Assembly: GCF_000341895.1 (NCBI RefSeq)
Contig: NC_020409.1
Coordinates: 2,880,001 to 2,912,000 of the forward strand
Source of the DNA: Pseudodesulfovibrio piezophilus C1TLV30
Lineage (GTDB): Bacteria > Desulfobacterota > Desulfovibrionia > Desulfovibrionales > Desulfovibrionaceae
Direction: 5' to 3'
DNA: 32,000 nucleotides
The notes beneath the pieces were generated by a model that worked only from the letters and a program-made list of their open reading frames with translations, was not told where the DNA came from and did no database searches. This document shows, piece after piece, positions 8,638-16,724 of this stretch; the first letter of the stretch is position 1; each line of letters opens with the position of its first letter. Position numbers and translations under genes: made by a program.

Positions 8638-10629
8638 ATGAGTGCGCAATGCAAGGCTGTGCCCGATTCCGGCTTCAGCCCAGTGGTTCGAGAGGCTGTT
8701 CCGGCTGATCTGGATTTTTTGGAAAGTCTGGAGAGGGACTGCTTTAGTGGAACCAGACAAAGTTCCAGGCAAAGTTTGCGGCACAGTCTTACGAGTGCCA
8801 GCCAGATGGTTTTTATCGCCGAAAGGAAAAAAGGAAGAAAACAAGGCGTTCCGACCGGGGCTGCTGTTGTCTTTGAGTACAAGCGGTCGCTGCGTGTTTA
8901 CTCATTGGCGATTCTGAAAGAACACAGGATGCAGGGGATGGGCGAAGCGCTCATGCAGCATATTATTGATTTCGCTCTCAGCCATGGCTATGAACGGATA
9001 TCCCTTGAAGCAGACGCTGGGAACCCGAAACTTGTTGATTGGTACCGCCAATTCGGCTTTGAAGGCACCAAGGCTATGCCCGATTATTATGGTCCGGCAG
9101 AAGCTGCGCTTCGTATGGTTTTGCTCCTGGCCAACAAAGGACGGACATCGGAGCGTATCGTCATTGTCGTCGATGATTCCAATTTGGCAAAAAAATGTGT
9201 TTCAGGCATTCAGTTCTGCTCTGCTCCAGAGTATCTTTCCGATACCAATTTTTCCAATTCAAATCGGTTTCATATTCTGAATCTGTGCAATTCCTATAAG
9301 ACCCACTCCATGGGCTATTACGTTTCCCTGCTGGCTTCAGCGAGAAATCACAGAATTACGCCATCGGTCATGGCGGTGAAGGATGGGACAACACCAAGCA
9401 TCGCCCAGAGCCTGCTGGATGAGATTCGTGAGTATACCCATGACAAGCTGCCCTCTCATGATGGGAGCGTGGTGGAACTGACCATCGTGCTGGGTAAGAC
9501 TGATGACCCTCATCATGGCGAGTTGGCTCGAAAATTGTTTTCTCTTTTTTCCATACCTTTTTTTTCCATCACGATGGAGCGGCATGATTCCTGGAGATTT
9601 AAGAAATTGAAAACGCTTCATCTCAAGCAAGTCGCGCATCAACATCCAGAGCTCTTGCAGGATGCATTGACCTGTTATTGTGAGAAAAAACGATATAATC
9701 GTCCACGACTCAAGAGCTATAAATACGATCTCGCCATCTTGATAAACGAGGAAGAGGGGACGCCTCCATCGTGCCCATTGGCATTGGAGAAATTTCGCAA
9801 GGCTGCCGAGCGTGTTGGGTTTTTCGTTGAATTTATTACCAAAGCCGATCATCGGCGGTTATGTGAGTTTGATGCTCTTTTTATGCGGGAGACAACCGCA
9901 ATCGAAAACCACACGTATGAGATGGCTCGCCATGCCTATACCGAAGGATTGGTTGTCATTGATGATCCCTGGTCGATACTGCTGTGTTCCAACAAGGTGT
10001 ATCTTCATGAACGGTTGGCCAATGCAGGAGTCTGCCAACCTCGGGGTTGGCTTTTGACCAGAAAAGGATGCTCGGACGAACTTCTCAAATCCTTGCCATT
10101 GCCGGTGGTTTTGAAGTTGCCGGAGAGTTCTTTTTCCCAGGGGGTCTACCGGGTGTGTTCCCTTGAGGAACTCCGCTCAAAGTTGCATGAGATGTTTCGG
10201 CAAACCGATCTGGTTATAGCCCAGGAGTTTCTGACTTCTGATTATGACTGGCGCATCGGGCTGCTCGACAACATGCCTTTGTTCGCATGCAAATATTACA
10301 TGGCAAACAATCATTGGCAAATTTACAACTGGCAGTCGAGCGAGTCCGAGGAGTTCAGCGGCCGATCGGAGACCATTCCCGTTAGTCAGATTCCGGCCCA
10401 TATCCTTAAGGCGGCAGTTAATGCCTCGTCGCTTATCGGTAACGGGCTGTACGGAGTGGACCTGAAAGAGGTCAACAAGAAAGCTTACGTCATAGAGGTC
10501 AACGATAATCCGAATATTGATGCCGGGATCGAAGACTTGTTGTTGGGGGATGAGTTGTACGAACGCATCATGCATTCACTCTACAACCGCATCGAAGCTG
10601 AACGTCACCAGGTTCGATATCTTTACTGA
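8638..10629 (+). CDS. Fusion protein: N-terminal GNAT acetyltransferase, central RimK-like N-terminal region, C-terminal RimK-type ATP-grasp ligase (Ngg / NAAG-synthetase-like architecture)
   Basis: 663-aa ORF preceded by GGAGGGAGG. GNAT motif A is HRMQGMGEALMQHI, with a WYRQFGF tail. ATP-grasp elements are VVLKLPESSFSQGVYRV, LVIAQEFL, YDWRIGLL and YVIEVNDNPNID (Mg/ATP-binding E-x-N). Confidence 0.8.
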   Translation: MSAQCKAVPDSGFSPVVREAVPADLDFLESLERDCFSGTRQSSRQSLRHSLTSASQMVFIAERKKGRKQGVPTGAAVVFEYKRSLRVYSLAILKEHRMQGMGEALMQHIIDFALSHGYERISLEADAGNPKLVDWYRQFGFEGTKAMPDYYGPAEAALRMVLLLANKGRTSERIVIVVDDSNLAKKCVSGIQFCSAPEYLSDTNFSNSNRFHILNLCNSYKTHSMGYYVSLLASARNHRITPSVMAVKDGTTPSIAQSLLDEIREYTHDKLPSHDGSVVELTIVLGKTDDPHHGELARKLFSLFSIPFFSITMERHDSWRFKKLKTLHLKQVAHQHPELLQDALTCYCEKKRYNRPRLKSYKYDLAILINEEEGTPPSCPLALEKFRKAAERVGFFVEFITKADHRRLCEFDALFMRETTAIENHTYEMARHAYTEGLVVIDDPWSILLCSNKVYLHERLANAGVCQPRGWLLTRKGCSDELLKSLPLPVVLKLPESSFSQGVYRVCSLEELRSKLHEMFRQTDLVIAQEFLTSDYDWRIGLLDNMPLFACKYYMANNHWQIYNWQSSESEEFSGRSETIPVSQIPAHILKAAVNASSLIGNGLYGVDLKEVNKKAYVIEVNDNPNIDAGIEDLLLGDELYERIMHSLYNRIEAERHQVRYLY

Positions 10630-10644
10630 TGGAGGGAGGCCCTC

Positions 10645-11250
10645 ATGATTCATCCACATACCACGGTACGAACAGTTTCCCCATGTATCGGCGTCGGTGT
10701 CTTCGCCACTCATCCCATTGCCAGGGGGACCATTGTGGTCGTCCGTGACAGTCTTGATACCTGCCTGACTCGGCAGGAATTCTGTGCGCTTCCGGAGGCG
10801 GTTCGTCTTTCCATGGAGACGTATCTTTATCATGATAAATGCGGCAATCTGATTTTGAGTTGGGATCATGCCCGATATATGAATCACCACTGCCAGAGCA
10901 ACACGATGATGACGGATTACGGTTTGGAGCTTGCAGTCAGGGATATTGCGGCAGGTGAGGAACTGACCACCGAGTACGGCCTGCTTAATATCCAGGACCC
11001 GTATGAAATTTGTTGCCACTGTGAGAGCTGCCGAGAAGCACTGCGGCTTGATGATGTCGATACATATGGTGATGCCTGGGATGCGCTTGTGGAGGAAAAT
11101 CTGTTGCGTATTTTCGATCTGGAGCAACCATTGCTCGACCTGCTCGGGGCACAGCATCGGGCCAGGCTTGATGCCTTGGTTTCGGGGGAGGGTGCGTATG
11201 CATCCGTGAAAAATCTGAAGTGGCGGATTGGAGACTGCTCTGGCGAGTAG
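10645..11250 (+). CDS. SET-domain protein (putative lysine methyltransferase)
   Basis: 201-aa ORF starting 15 nt after the ATP-grasp fusion stop, with GGAGGGAGG in the gap. SET hallmarks are GVGVFATHPIARGTIV, RYMNHHCQSN (NHxCxPN-like) and EELTTEYG (ELxxxY), plus a Cys-rich post-SET-like CCHCESC. Confidence 0.8.
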   Translation: MIHPHTTVRTVSPCIGVGVFATHPIARGTIVVVRDSLDTCLTRQEFCALPEAVRLSMETYLYHDKCGNLILSWDHARYMNHHCQSNTMMTDYGLELAVRDIAAGEELTTEYGLLNIQDPYEICCHCESCREALRLDDVDTYGDAWDALVEENLLRIFDLEQPLLDLLGAQHRARLDALVSGEGAYASVKNLKWRIGDCSGE

Positions 11251-11323
11251 CCCTGTCCGGTCTCAGCAGAGAACAGTGAAAGGAGTCAGGGAACGGCAGA
11301 GTCGTGTTTCGAGATCTTTCGAG

Positions 11324-11366
11324 GACGGCAGCACTGGCTCCATGGGGGTGCTGCCGTCTTTTTTTT
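11324..11366 (+). terminator. Rho-independent terminator after the ATP-grasp/SET operon
   Basis: Perfect 11-bp stem gacggcagcac (11324-11334) / gtgctgccgtc (11348-11358), followed by a run of 8 T. It lies between convergent genes. Confidence 0.8.
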
Positions 11367-11371
11367 GTGTT

Positions 11372-12931
11372 TTATTCCGTTCTGATTACGGTGATTTTCT
11401 TTCGCGCCTTGAGTTCATAGATGTCCGGCCTGCGTTCATGCAGGGGACGGACACTGCCAAACTCCCTGATTTGTGACAGGCTGGCAAAATCCAGATCCGC
11501 TATAACCACTGTTTCCACGCCGGGGTCAGCCTCTCCGCTAAGAGACGGAATGGGAAATGCAAAGTCGCTCGGTGCGAAGATCGCTGACTGTCCATAGTTC
11601 AACAGATATGTCTTGACGCCCGGCAGGTTTCCCACGTTGGCCGCAATGACGGTATAAATCGAGTTTTCGATGGCACGAGCCTGTGCTGTGGCCCGTACTC
11701 GATGGTAGGCCCGTTTCTCATCGGTACTGAAAGGGACGAAGATGACTTCGGCCCCGGCCATTGCCAGGAGTCGGGAGGTTTCGGGGAACTCGATATCATA
11801 GCAGACCTGAATGGCTATGCGCCCCAGTGGGGTCTGGAAAACGCTCAAGCCTTCGCCGGGATGGATACCCCAGTCCTCACGCTCTCCTGGAGTGATGTGA
11901 AGTTTGTCTTGCGTGTATACATTGCCCGTAGGCGTGAAAAGGTGCCCGACATTGTAAAGCTTGCCGTCACGCAGTACGGGGTGGGAGCCACCAATGATAT
12001 GCAGATTGTATGTGCTAGCGAGCTCTCGAAACATGTCCAGATATTTGTCAGTCATTCCTGCCAGTTCCGCAACCGCTCTGCGTGGAGTCCACTCCGGGGG
12101 CATGGTGCTGAACATTTGTGCTGTGAACAGTTCGGGCAGGACCAGGAAATGACAGTGGTATGCGTCGGCCGTCACGACAAAAAACTCAACGGATTGCCGC
12201 AGATCTTCCCAGGATGATATCCTGCGCATTTGGTACTGAGCGGCGCAGACTCGATATTGGCGAACAGGGCGACGCAGAGGAGCACCCGCGATCTTGCGCC
12301 GAACCGGCTGGAAGTCCGGGTTGGGCATTTCCAGAAAGGTGGAGTAATTCAGACTGGAGTCGTCCTGGAGCAGGTCGAGGAAAACGCCCTTGACCCGATA
12401 TCCGGCCTTGAGGTGCGCATTGAGGGCAGAATCCTTCAGTTCACCTTTGGCGACCATCTCGACATATTCCTTGGCGGTCAGAATACCTTCCTGCTCGCTG
12501 TAATTCATTATGCGTCCATGGGCGATCATCCTGCTTAGATTGTAGCGCTTCATGATACGTTTTCGGTATTTATATATTTTCCCGGCTACTCCCTGGCCCC
12601 GGTATTCCGGTCGAACCGCGATATCTGCGCCATATAGGGTATCGCCGGTTGGGGTATGCGTGCTGAATGTCCCCCCTCCGGTGATCTCATCATAGCGATA
12701 CCAGTCAACGGATTCATCCAATTGGACGATGATGGAAGTCGCGTAGCCGATGATTTCTCCATCGCACTCAGCCAGGACTTGTCCTTCCGGGAAGGCGGCA
12801 AACTGCATGGCATATGTGCGCTCGTCGTAATGGTCGTCAAAATCGGGATAAGCCGCCTTTTGGCAGGCGACAATGGCCGGGAGATCATCCTCATTCCAAC
12901 TGCGAATTTTGATAGCCTTTCTTTTACCCAT
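11372..12931 (-). CDS. Fusion protein: N-terminal GNAT acetyltransferase, C-terminal carbon-nitrogen hydrolase (nitrilase superfamily)
   Basis: 519-aa ORF with ribosome-binding site GAGGAAAATC before the ATG. GNAT motif A is RPEYRGQGVAGKIYKY. The nitrilase Glu-Lys-Cys triad contexts are VLPELF, QDKLHITP and IQVCYDIEFPE. Confidence 0.85.
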   Translation of the reverse strand: MGKRKAIKIRSWNEDDLPAIVACQKAAYPDFDDHYDERTYAMQFAAFPEGQVLAECDGEIIGYATSIIVQLDESVDWYRYDEITGGGTFSTHTPTGDTLYGADIAVRPEYRGQGVAGKIYKYRKRIMKRYNLSRMIAHGRIMNYSEQEGILTAKEYVEMVAKGELKDSALNAHLKAGYRVKGVFLDLLQDDSSLNYSTFLEMPNPDFQPVRRKIAGAPLRRPVRQYRVCAAQYQMRRISSWEDLRQSVEFFVVTADAYHCHFLVLPELFTAQMFSTMPPEWTPRRAVAELAGMTDKYLDMFRELASTYNLHIIGGSHPVLRDGKLYNVGHLFTPTGNVYTQDKLHITPGEREDWGIHPGEGLSVFQTPLGRIAIQVCYDIEFPETSRLLAMAGAEVIFVPFSTDEKRAYHRVRATAQARAIENSIYTVIAANVGNLPGVKTYLLNYGQSAIFAPSDFAFPIPSLSGEADPGVETVVIADLDFASLSQIREFGSVRPLHERRPDIYELKARKKITVIRTE

Positions 12932-13202
12932 GATTTTCCTCGAAAAATGGCCTGTTCATGCTGATTGTTTGTTGTGGGCATTGGCAACGTCGGGGTGAAT
13001 GAAATTCGATACAAGAAACCATTTCTTGGCATCGGGAAAGCGTCAGGGAAAAACGGCTGCTGATCGAGGTTGTGTCGCCCTGAGTTCATTTGCTGGACTG
13101 ACCTGAGAGTTGGCAGTTGTCAAAGTCGTATGAAAATCATTTTTGCCGTCTCCCTGAGTATCAATATGTCCTCGTTCTTTTTTGAGAACAGCAGCAGACC
13201 GA

Positions 13203-14267
13203 TCATATCCATTTTCTTTTTTTGAAATATGCCAGCATGACGGCGGCGACCGTGCCCATAATACCGAGCAGGATGAAATATCCATTCCTGTAGTGTAGTT
13301 CGGGCATGATTTCGAAGTTCATGCCATACACGCCTGCCAGAAAGGAAAGCGGGATAAAAATGGTGGCAAATACTGTCAAGAATTTCATGACGTCATTGAG
13401 CCTGTTGGTCACGGCCATGTTGTAACTGTTGAGATGGTCGTTGAGCATCTCTCGGTAGATGTCCACCGCATCCACAACCTGTTCCGCCATGTCGTGCAGG
13501 TCGCGAATGAATGGGGCTATCTGAGGCGTGATAATTTCGTTTTCTGTTTTTGCCAATTTCAGGATAATTTCACGCGCCGGGCGAACTGCTTTTCGGATAT
13601 ACGCCATTTCCCGCCTGTAGAGGTTGATCTCTTCCAAAAGGTCCGGGGTGGGATTGCCGAGAACCTCCTCATCAAATTCCTCGATCCTCTCTCCAAGGAT
13701 TTCAACTACCTTGAGGTAGTTTTCGAAAACGCAGTCAAGGAGTGTGTAGAGCAGGTAGTCCGCTCCAAGGCGACGCAGTCTGCCGGATTGCCTCCTGAGG
13801 CGTTCGCGGACCGGGTCAAAGACATCGCCGGGTTTCTCCTGAAAGGTGATCAGGCAGTTTCCGGTCAGCACGGCGCTCAGCTGTTCTGCATTGATCCGGC
13901 CTAGTTCTTCGTCCAGGGAGAGCATCTTGAGCGTGACGAACAGGGCATCGGGAAATTCTTCAAGCTTGGGGCGTTGTCCCGTATTGACGATATCCTCCAG
14001 AATCAGGGAAGAGAGATCAAACAGGTTTCCCACCTGTGACATCAGATCTGGGACATGGAGTCCGTCTATGTTGAGCCAACTGGTGGATTGGCTGTCCGTG
14101 CAAGCCGAGAGAGTGTCCAGGGAGTCGATAAAATCATCCTTGAGCATCTCCTGGTCATAGTCGATCAACCGCAGACGGGGAGTGTCGGTCTTTTGCTGTC
14201 CGACGAAAATGAGTGACCCCGGTGATCGTCCGGTCTCCTGGTCGCGTTTTTTCAGGAAACGAGCCAT
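13203..14267 (-). CDS. corA: CorA-family Mg2+/Co2+ transporter
   Basis: 354-aa ORF preceded by a GGAGGA ribosome-binding site. It has two C-terminal TM helices flanking the signature YGMNFEIMPEL (GMN motif). Confidence 0.92.
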   Translation of the reverse strand: MARFLKKRDQETGRSPGSLIFVGQQKTDTPRLRLIDYDQEMLKDDFIDSLDTLSACTDSQSTSWLNIDGLHVPDLMSQVGNLFDLSSLILEDIVNTGQRPKLEEFPDALFVTLKMLSLDEELGRINAEQLSAVLTGNCLITFQEKPGDVFDPVRERLRRQSGRLRRLGADYLLYTLLDCVFENYLKVVEILGERIEEFDEEVLGNPTPDLLEEINLYRREMAYIRKAVRPAREIILKLAKTENEIITPQIAPFIRDLHDMAEQVVDAVDIYREMLNDHLNSYNMAVTNRLNDVMKFLTVFATIFIPLSFLAGVYGMNFEIMPELHYRNGYFILLGIMGTVAAVMLAYFKKRKWI

Positions 14268-14407
14268 GTACTTCCTCCGATATCCTTTCTATTAAGGGAG
14301 AATGAATTCATTGCTTCCGGCAATGGATTTGATTGTCTTATCATATTAATAATACCCAGACTTGGGAACTGTTTTGATCATGGTTTAATGAAGAAAAGGA
14401 GGGGGGC

Positions 14408-15475
14408 ATGGATTGGAGTAATGGTTCGGGCGTGATGCTCAGGGCGTGGTTCGCGGTGTTGGTGCTGCTCGGCATATATATCGCCGCTCGTTGGTTGAAG
14501 AAGGGGAATGCAAAAGGCTGGCGGGAATTGCTTGATATGCTGACAGTCTCCATGAAAAGAAAGATCATTCTTTTCATGGTGATGCTTGGTCTTGTGGTGT
14601 GCTTGGCAGTGTTGGCTCCTCTTGCTCGATTTGATGCCGGGGTGGATGTTTTTGTCACGGCCTTTTTAGGAACCGCCTGGATCATACTCGTTGCATGGGC
14701 ATTGACTTTATTGCTGACGGTGCTGACCGGGTTGGTTCAGTGGAAGTATGATATTGGTGTGGAGGACAATCTGGGTGCGCGTCAGATAAATACCAAGGTA
14801 CGGGTTCTGCATCGAATTGCTGCCGTTCTTGTCTGGCTTGGAGCTCTTGCCGGAATATTGATGCAGTTCGAGCGATTTCGGGCTCTTGGTGGGGCCATGC
14901 TGGCCTCGGCGGGGGTCTTGAGCATTGTTCTCGGGCTTTCTGCACAAAAGACTTTTGGCGCGGTTATAGCCGGAGTGCAGATAGCTCTGACCCATCCCAT
15001 CAACCTGGATGACGTGGTTATCGTGGAAGGAGAGTGGGGGCGGATCGAGGAGATCACATTTACTTATGTAGTAGTCAAGATATGGGATTTGCGGCGCATG
15101 GTTGTCCCCATCAGCTATTTTGTTGAGACACCCTTTCAGAACTGGACAAAAAAAAGCGCTGAAATAATCGGGACCGTGACTTTGCATGTGGATTATACCA
15201 CGCCGTTGCAGCCACTGCGCGAAGAACTCAAGTCCTTGTGTGAGGCTTCCGGAGCCTTGTGGAATGGCAAGACCTGCGTGCTTCAGGTGACGGAGGCAGG
15301 GGGAGAGAGCATGACAGTCAGAGCGTTGGTCAGTTCCCCCGGAGCCTCAGCCGCATGGGACCTCCGATGCATGGTGCGTGAGGGATTGATAGATTTCCTG
15401 CGACGGAACTACCCCGAGTGCCTCCCCCGTCGGCGTGTGGTTTTGCAGAATGGGGCCATGGAAAAAGAGGGATAG
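14408..15475 (+). CDS. MscS-family mechanosensitive ion channel
   Basis: 355-aa ORF with an AGGAGG ribosome-binding site and several N-terminal TM helices. The MscS pore/beta-domain pattern is LGLSAQKTFGAVIAGVQIALTHPINLDDVVIVEGEWGRIEEITFTYVVVKIWDLRRMVVPISYF. Confidence 0.85.
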   Translation: MDWSNGSGVMLRAWFAVLVLLGIYIAARWLKKGNAKGWRELLDMLTVSMKRKIILFMVMLGLVVCLAVLAPLARFDAGVDVFVTAFLGTAWIILVAWALTLLLTVLTGLVQWKYDIGVEDNLGARQINTKVRVLHRIAAVLVWLGALAGILMQFERFRALGGAMLASAGVLSIVLGLSAQKTFGAVIAGVQIALTHPINLDDVVIVEGEWGRIEEITFTYVVVKIWDLRRMVVPISYFVETPFQNWTKKSAEIIGTVTLHVDYTTPLQPLREELKSLCEASGALWNGKTCVLQVTEAGGESMTVRALVSSPGASAAWDLRCMVREGLIDFLRRNYPECLPRRRVVLQNGAMEKEG

Positions 15476-15502
15476 AAAGACGGATTTGGGGAGGGAGAGC
15501 AT

Positions 15503-15607
15503 ATGGTGGTACTTCTCGTTTTAGTCTTACTCTTTCGAGTGCTTTTCGGGCATGGAGACGTCGGATTTGATCGGGAGTTGGAGCGCCTGCTTCCCCTTTT
15601 ATTCTGA
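15503..15607 (+). CDS. Candidate 34-aa small hydrophobic protein (unannotated size class)
   Basis: ATG 15503 sits 5 nt after GGAGGGAGAG. It translates to MVVLLVLVLLFRVLFGHGDVGFDRELERLLPLLF, with TGA at 15605-15607. A weak hairpin plus T-run follows at ~15618-15650. There is no homology evidence. Confidence 0.25.
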   Translation: MVVLLVLVLLFRVLFGHGDVGFDRELERLLPLLF

Positions 15608-15698
15608 GATGGCAAGAGGACAGCCTCGGGATGGAAAGACTGTCTTTTTAACACGCCAGGGTTGATCCTGTCGTCAGTTTGAAACAAGAGTGTGTATT

Positions 15699-16724
15699 AT
15701 GCAAACGGTCTTCATTTGGTGTGGCATTGTTTTTTGTCTGACCCAGTCAGCCATCTTCTCCGGTCTCAATCTCGCCTATTTCAGTCTCAGCAGGCTTCGC
15801 TTGGAAGTGGAGGCATATTCCGGCAATCGGCGGGCAGCCAAGGTCTTGGCGTTGCGGCAGGAGCCGAATCTTCTTTTATGCACCATTCTCTGGGGGAATG
15901 TCGGCATCAACGTCCTGCTGACCCTGCTCTCGGAGTCGGTCATGACAGGCGTCGCCTCTTTTGCCTTTTCCACGTTTGTCATCACCATTGTTGGTGAAAT
16001 TTTGCCACAGGCCTACTTCTCACGCCAGGCTCTTTTGATTGGAGCAACGCTCGTGCCGGTCATCCGTTTTTATCAGGTGGTGCTCTATCCTCTGGCCAAA
16101 CCCGCTTCAATGATGTTGGATCGGCTGGTGGGCAGGGAAAATATCGAGTATTTCAAGGAGAACAAGATTCGTCATCTGCTGAAGATGCACATTGATTCCA
16201 CTGACGCCGACATCGATGAAATCGAAGGGATGGGAGCCATGAATTTCCTGACACTTGACGACATCGAAGTCTGTCAGGAAGGAGAGCCTATTCAGATTCA
16301 GAGTATTATAGGGCTTCGTTTTGAGAATGGTCGGCCAATTTTTCCCTCGGACGTTGCAACCTTCGTGGAACAGGTCAATTCTTCCGGTGAGAAGTGGGTT
16401 GTCCTGACGGATAGCCAGGACCGTCCCCGCCTGTTGCTCGATGCCGATGGATATCTGAGAAACGTCATGAAGGGCGGGGTTGTCTCGCCTGCGGATTATT
16501 GCCACCTACCTATTCTCGTTCACAATGATCATATCCGACTGGGTGAAGTGCTGAACAGGCTTGAGGTTCACCCGGTGTCACCGGAGGACGATGTCATTGA
16601 CGCAGACACCATACTTGTCTGGACAGCGCGTCATCGGCGCATCATTACCGGAGCCGATATATTCGGGCGGTTGATGCGTGGCATCTCTCGGGTTCGACGA
16701 AGCGGTCGCCCTTCGGCGACGTGA
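15699..16724 (+). CDS. CNNM/DUF21-domain membrane protein (CorB/CorC-type putative Mg2+/Co2+ efflux family)
   Basis: The ORF opens at GTG 15690; the first ATG is at 15699. The DUF21-type N-terminus reads SAIFSGLNLAYFSLSRLRLEV ... ILWGNVGINVLL ... GEILPQAY. The C-terminal half looks like a degenerate CBS region, with no obvious CorC_HlyC tail. Confidence 0.75.
   Translation: MQTVFIWCGIVFCLTQSAIFSGLNLAYFSLSRLRLEVEAYSGNRRAAKVLALRQEPNLLLCTILWGNVGINVLLTLLSESVMTGVASFAFSTFVITIVGEILPQAYFSRQALLIGATLVPVIRFYQVVLYPLAKPASMMLDRLVGRENIEYFKENKIRHLLKMHIDSTDADIDEIEGMGAMNFLTLDDIEVCQEGEPIQIQSIIGLRFENGRPIFPSDVATFVEQVNSSGEKWVVLTDSQDRPRLLLDADGYLRNVMKGGVVSPADYCHLPILVHNDHIRLGEVLNRLEVHPVSPEDDVIDADTILVWTARHRRIITGADIFGRLMRGISRVRRSGRPSAT

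Noticed and set aside
10576-11157. 193-aa ORF on the minus strand, antisense to the SET gene. Similar long antisense or alternate-frame ORFs occur at 9337-9852, 10177-10575, 11702-12217, 13434-13904, 14708-15187, 16107-16505, 23071-23490, 26562-26960, 27468-28145 and 30202-30606.
   Set aside because: All are fully embedded in better-supported genes with clear family motifs. They have low-complexity or Arg/Pro/Ser-rich translations typical of off-frame reading and lack ribosome-binding sites.
13026-13043. Sigma-54-like element TTGGCATCGGGAAAGCGT (GG-N10-GC spacing)
   Set aside because: It is oriented on the + strand, pointing into the 3' end of corA in antisense. The -12 region matches only at GC. 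It is most likely a chance match.
14301-14312. Perfect 12-bp palindrome AATGAATTCATT in the corA/MscS divergent region
   Set aside because: About eight such palindromes are expected by chance in 32 kb, and there is no second copy or flanking conservation to support an operator.
15409-15687. 92-aa minus-strand ORF filling the MscS-CNNM intergenic region
   Set aside because: The translation is low-complexity (runs of S/R/T/K/P), it overlaps the MscS 3' end, and it has no ribosome-binding site. The short + strand ORF at 15503-15607 explains the region better.
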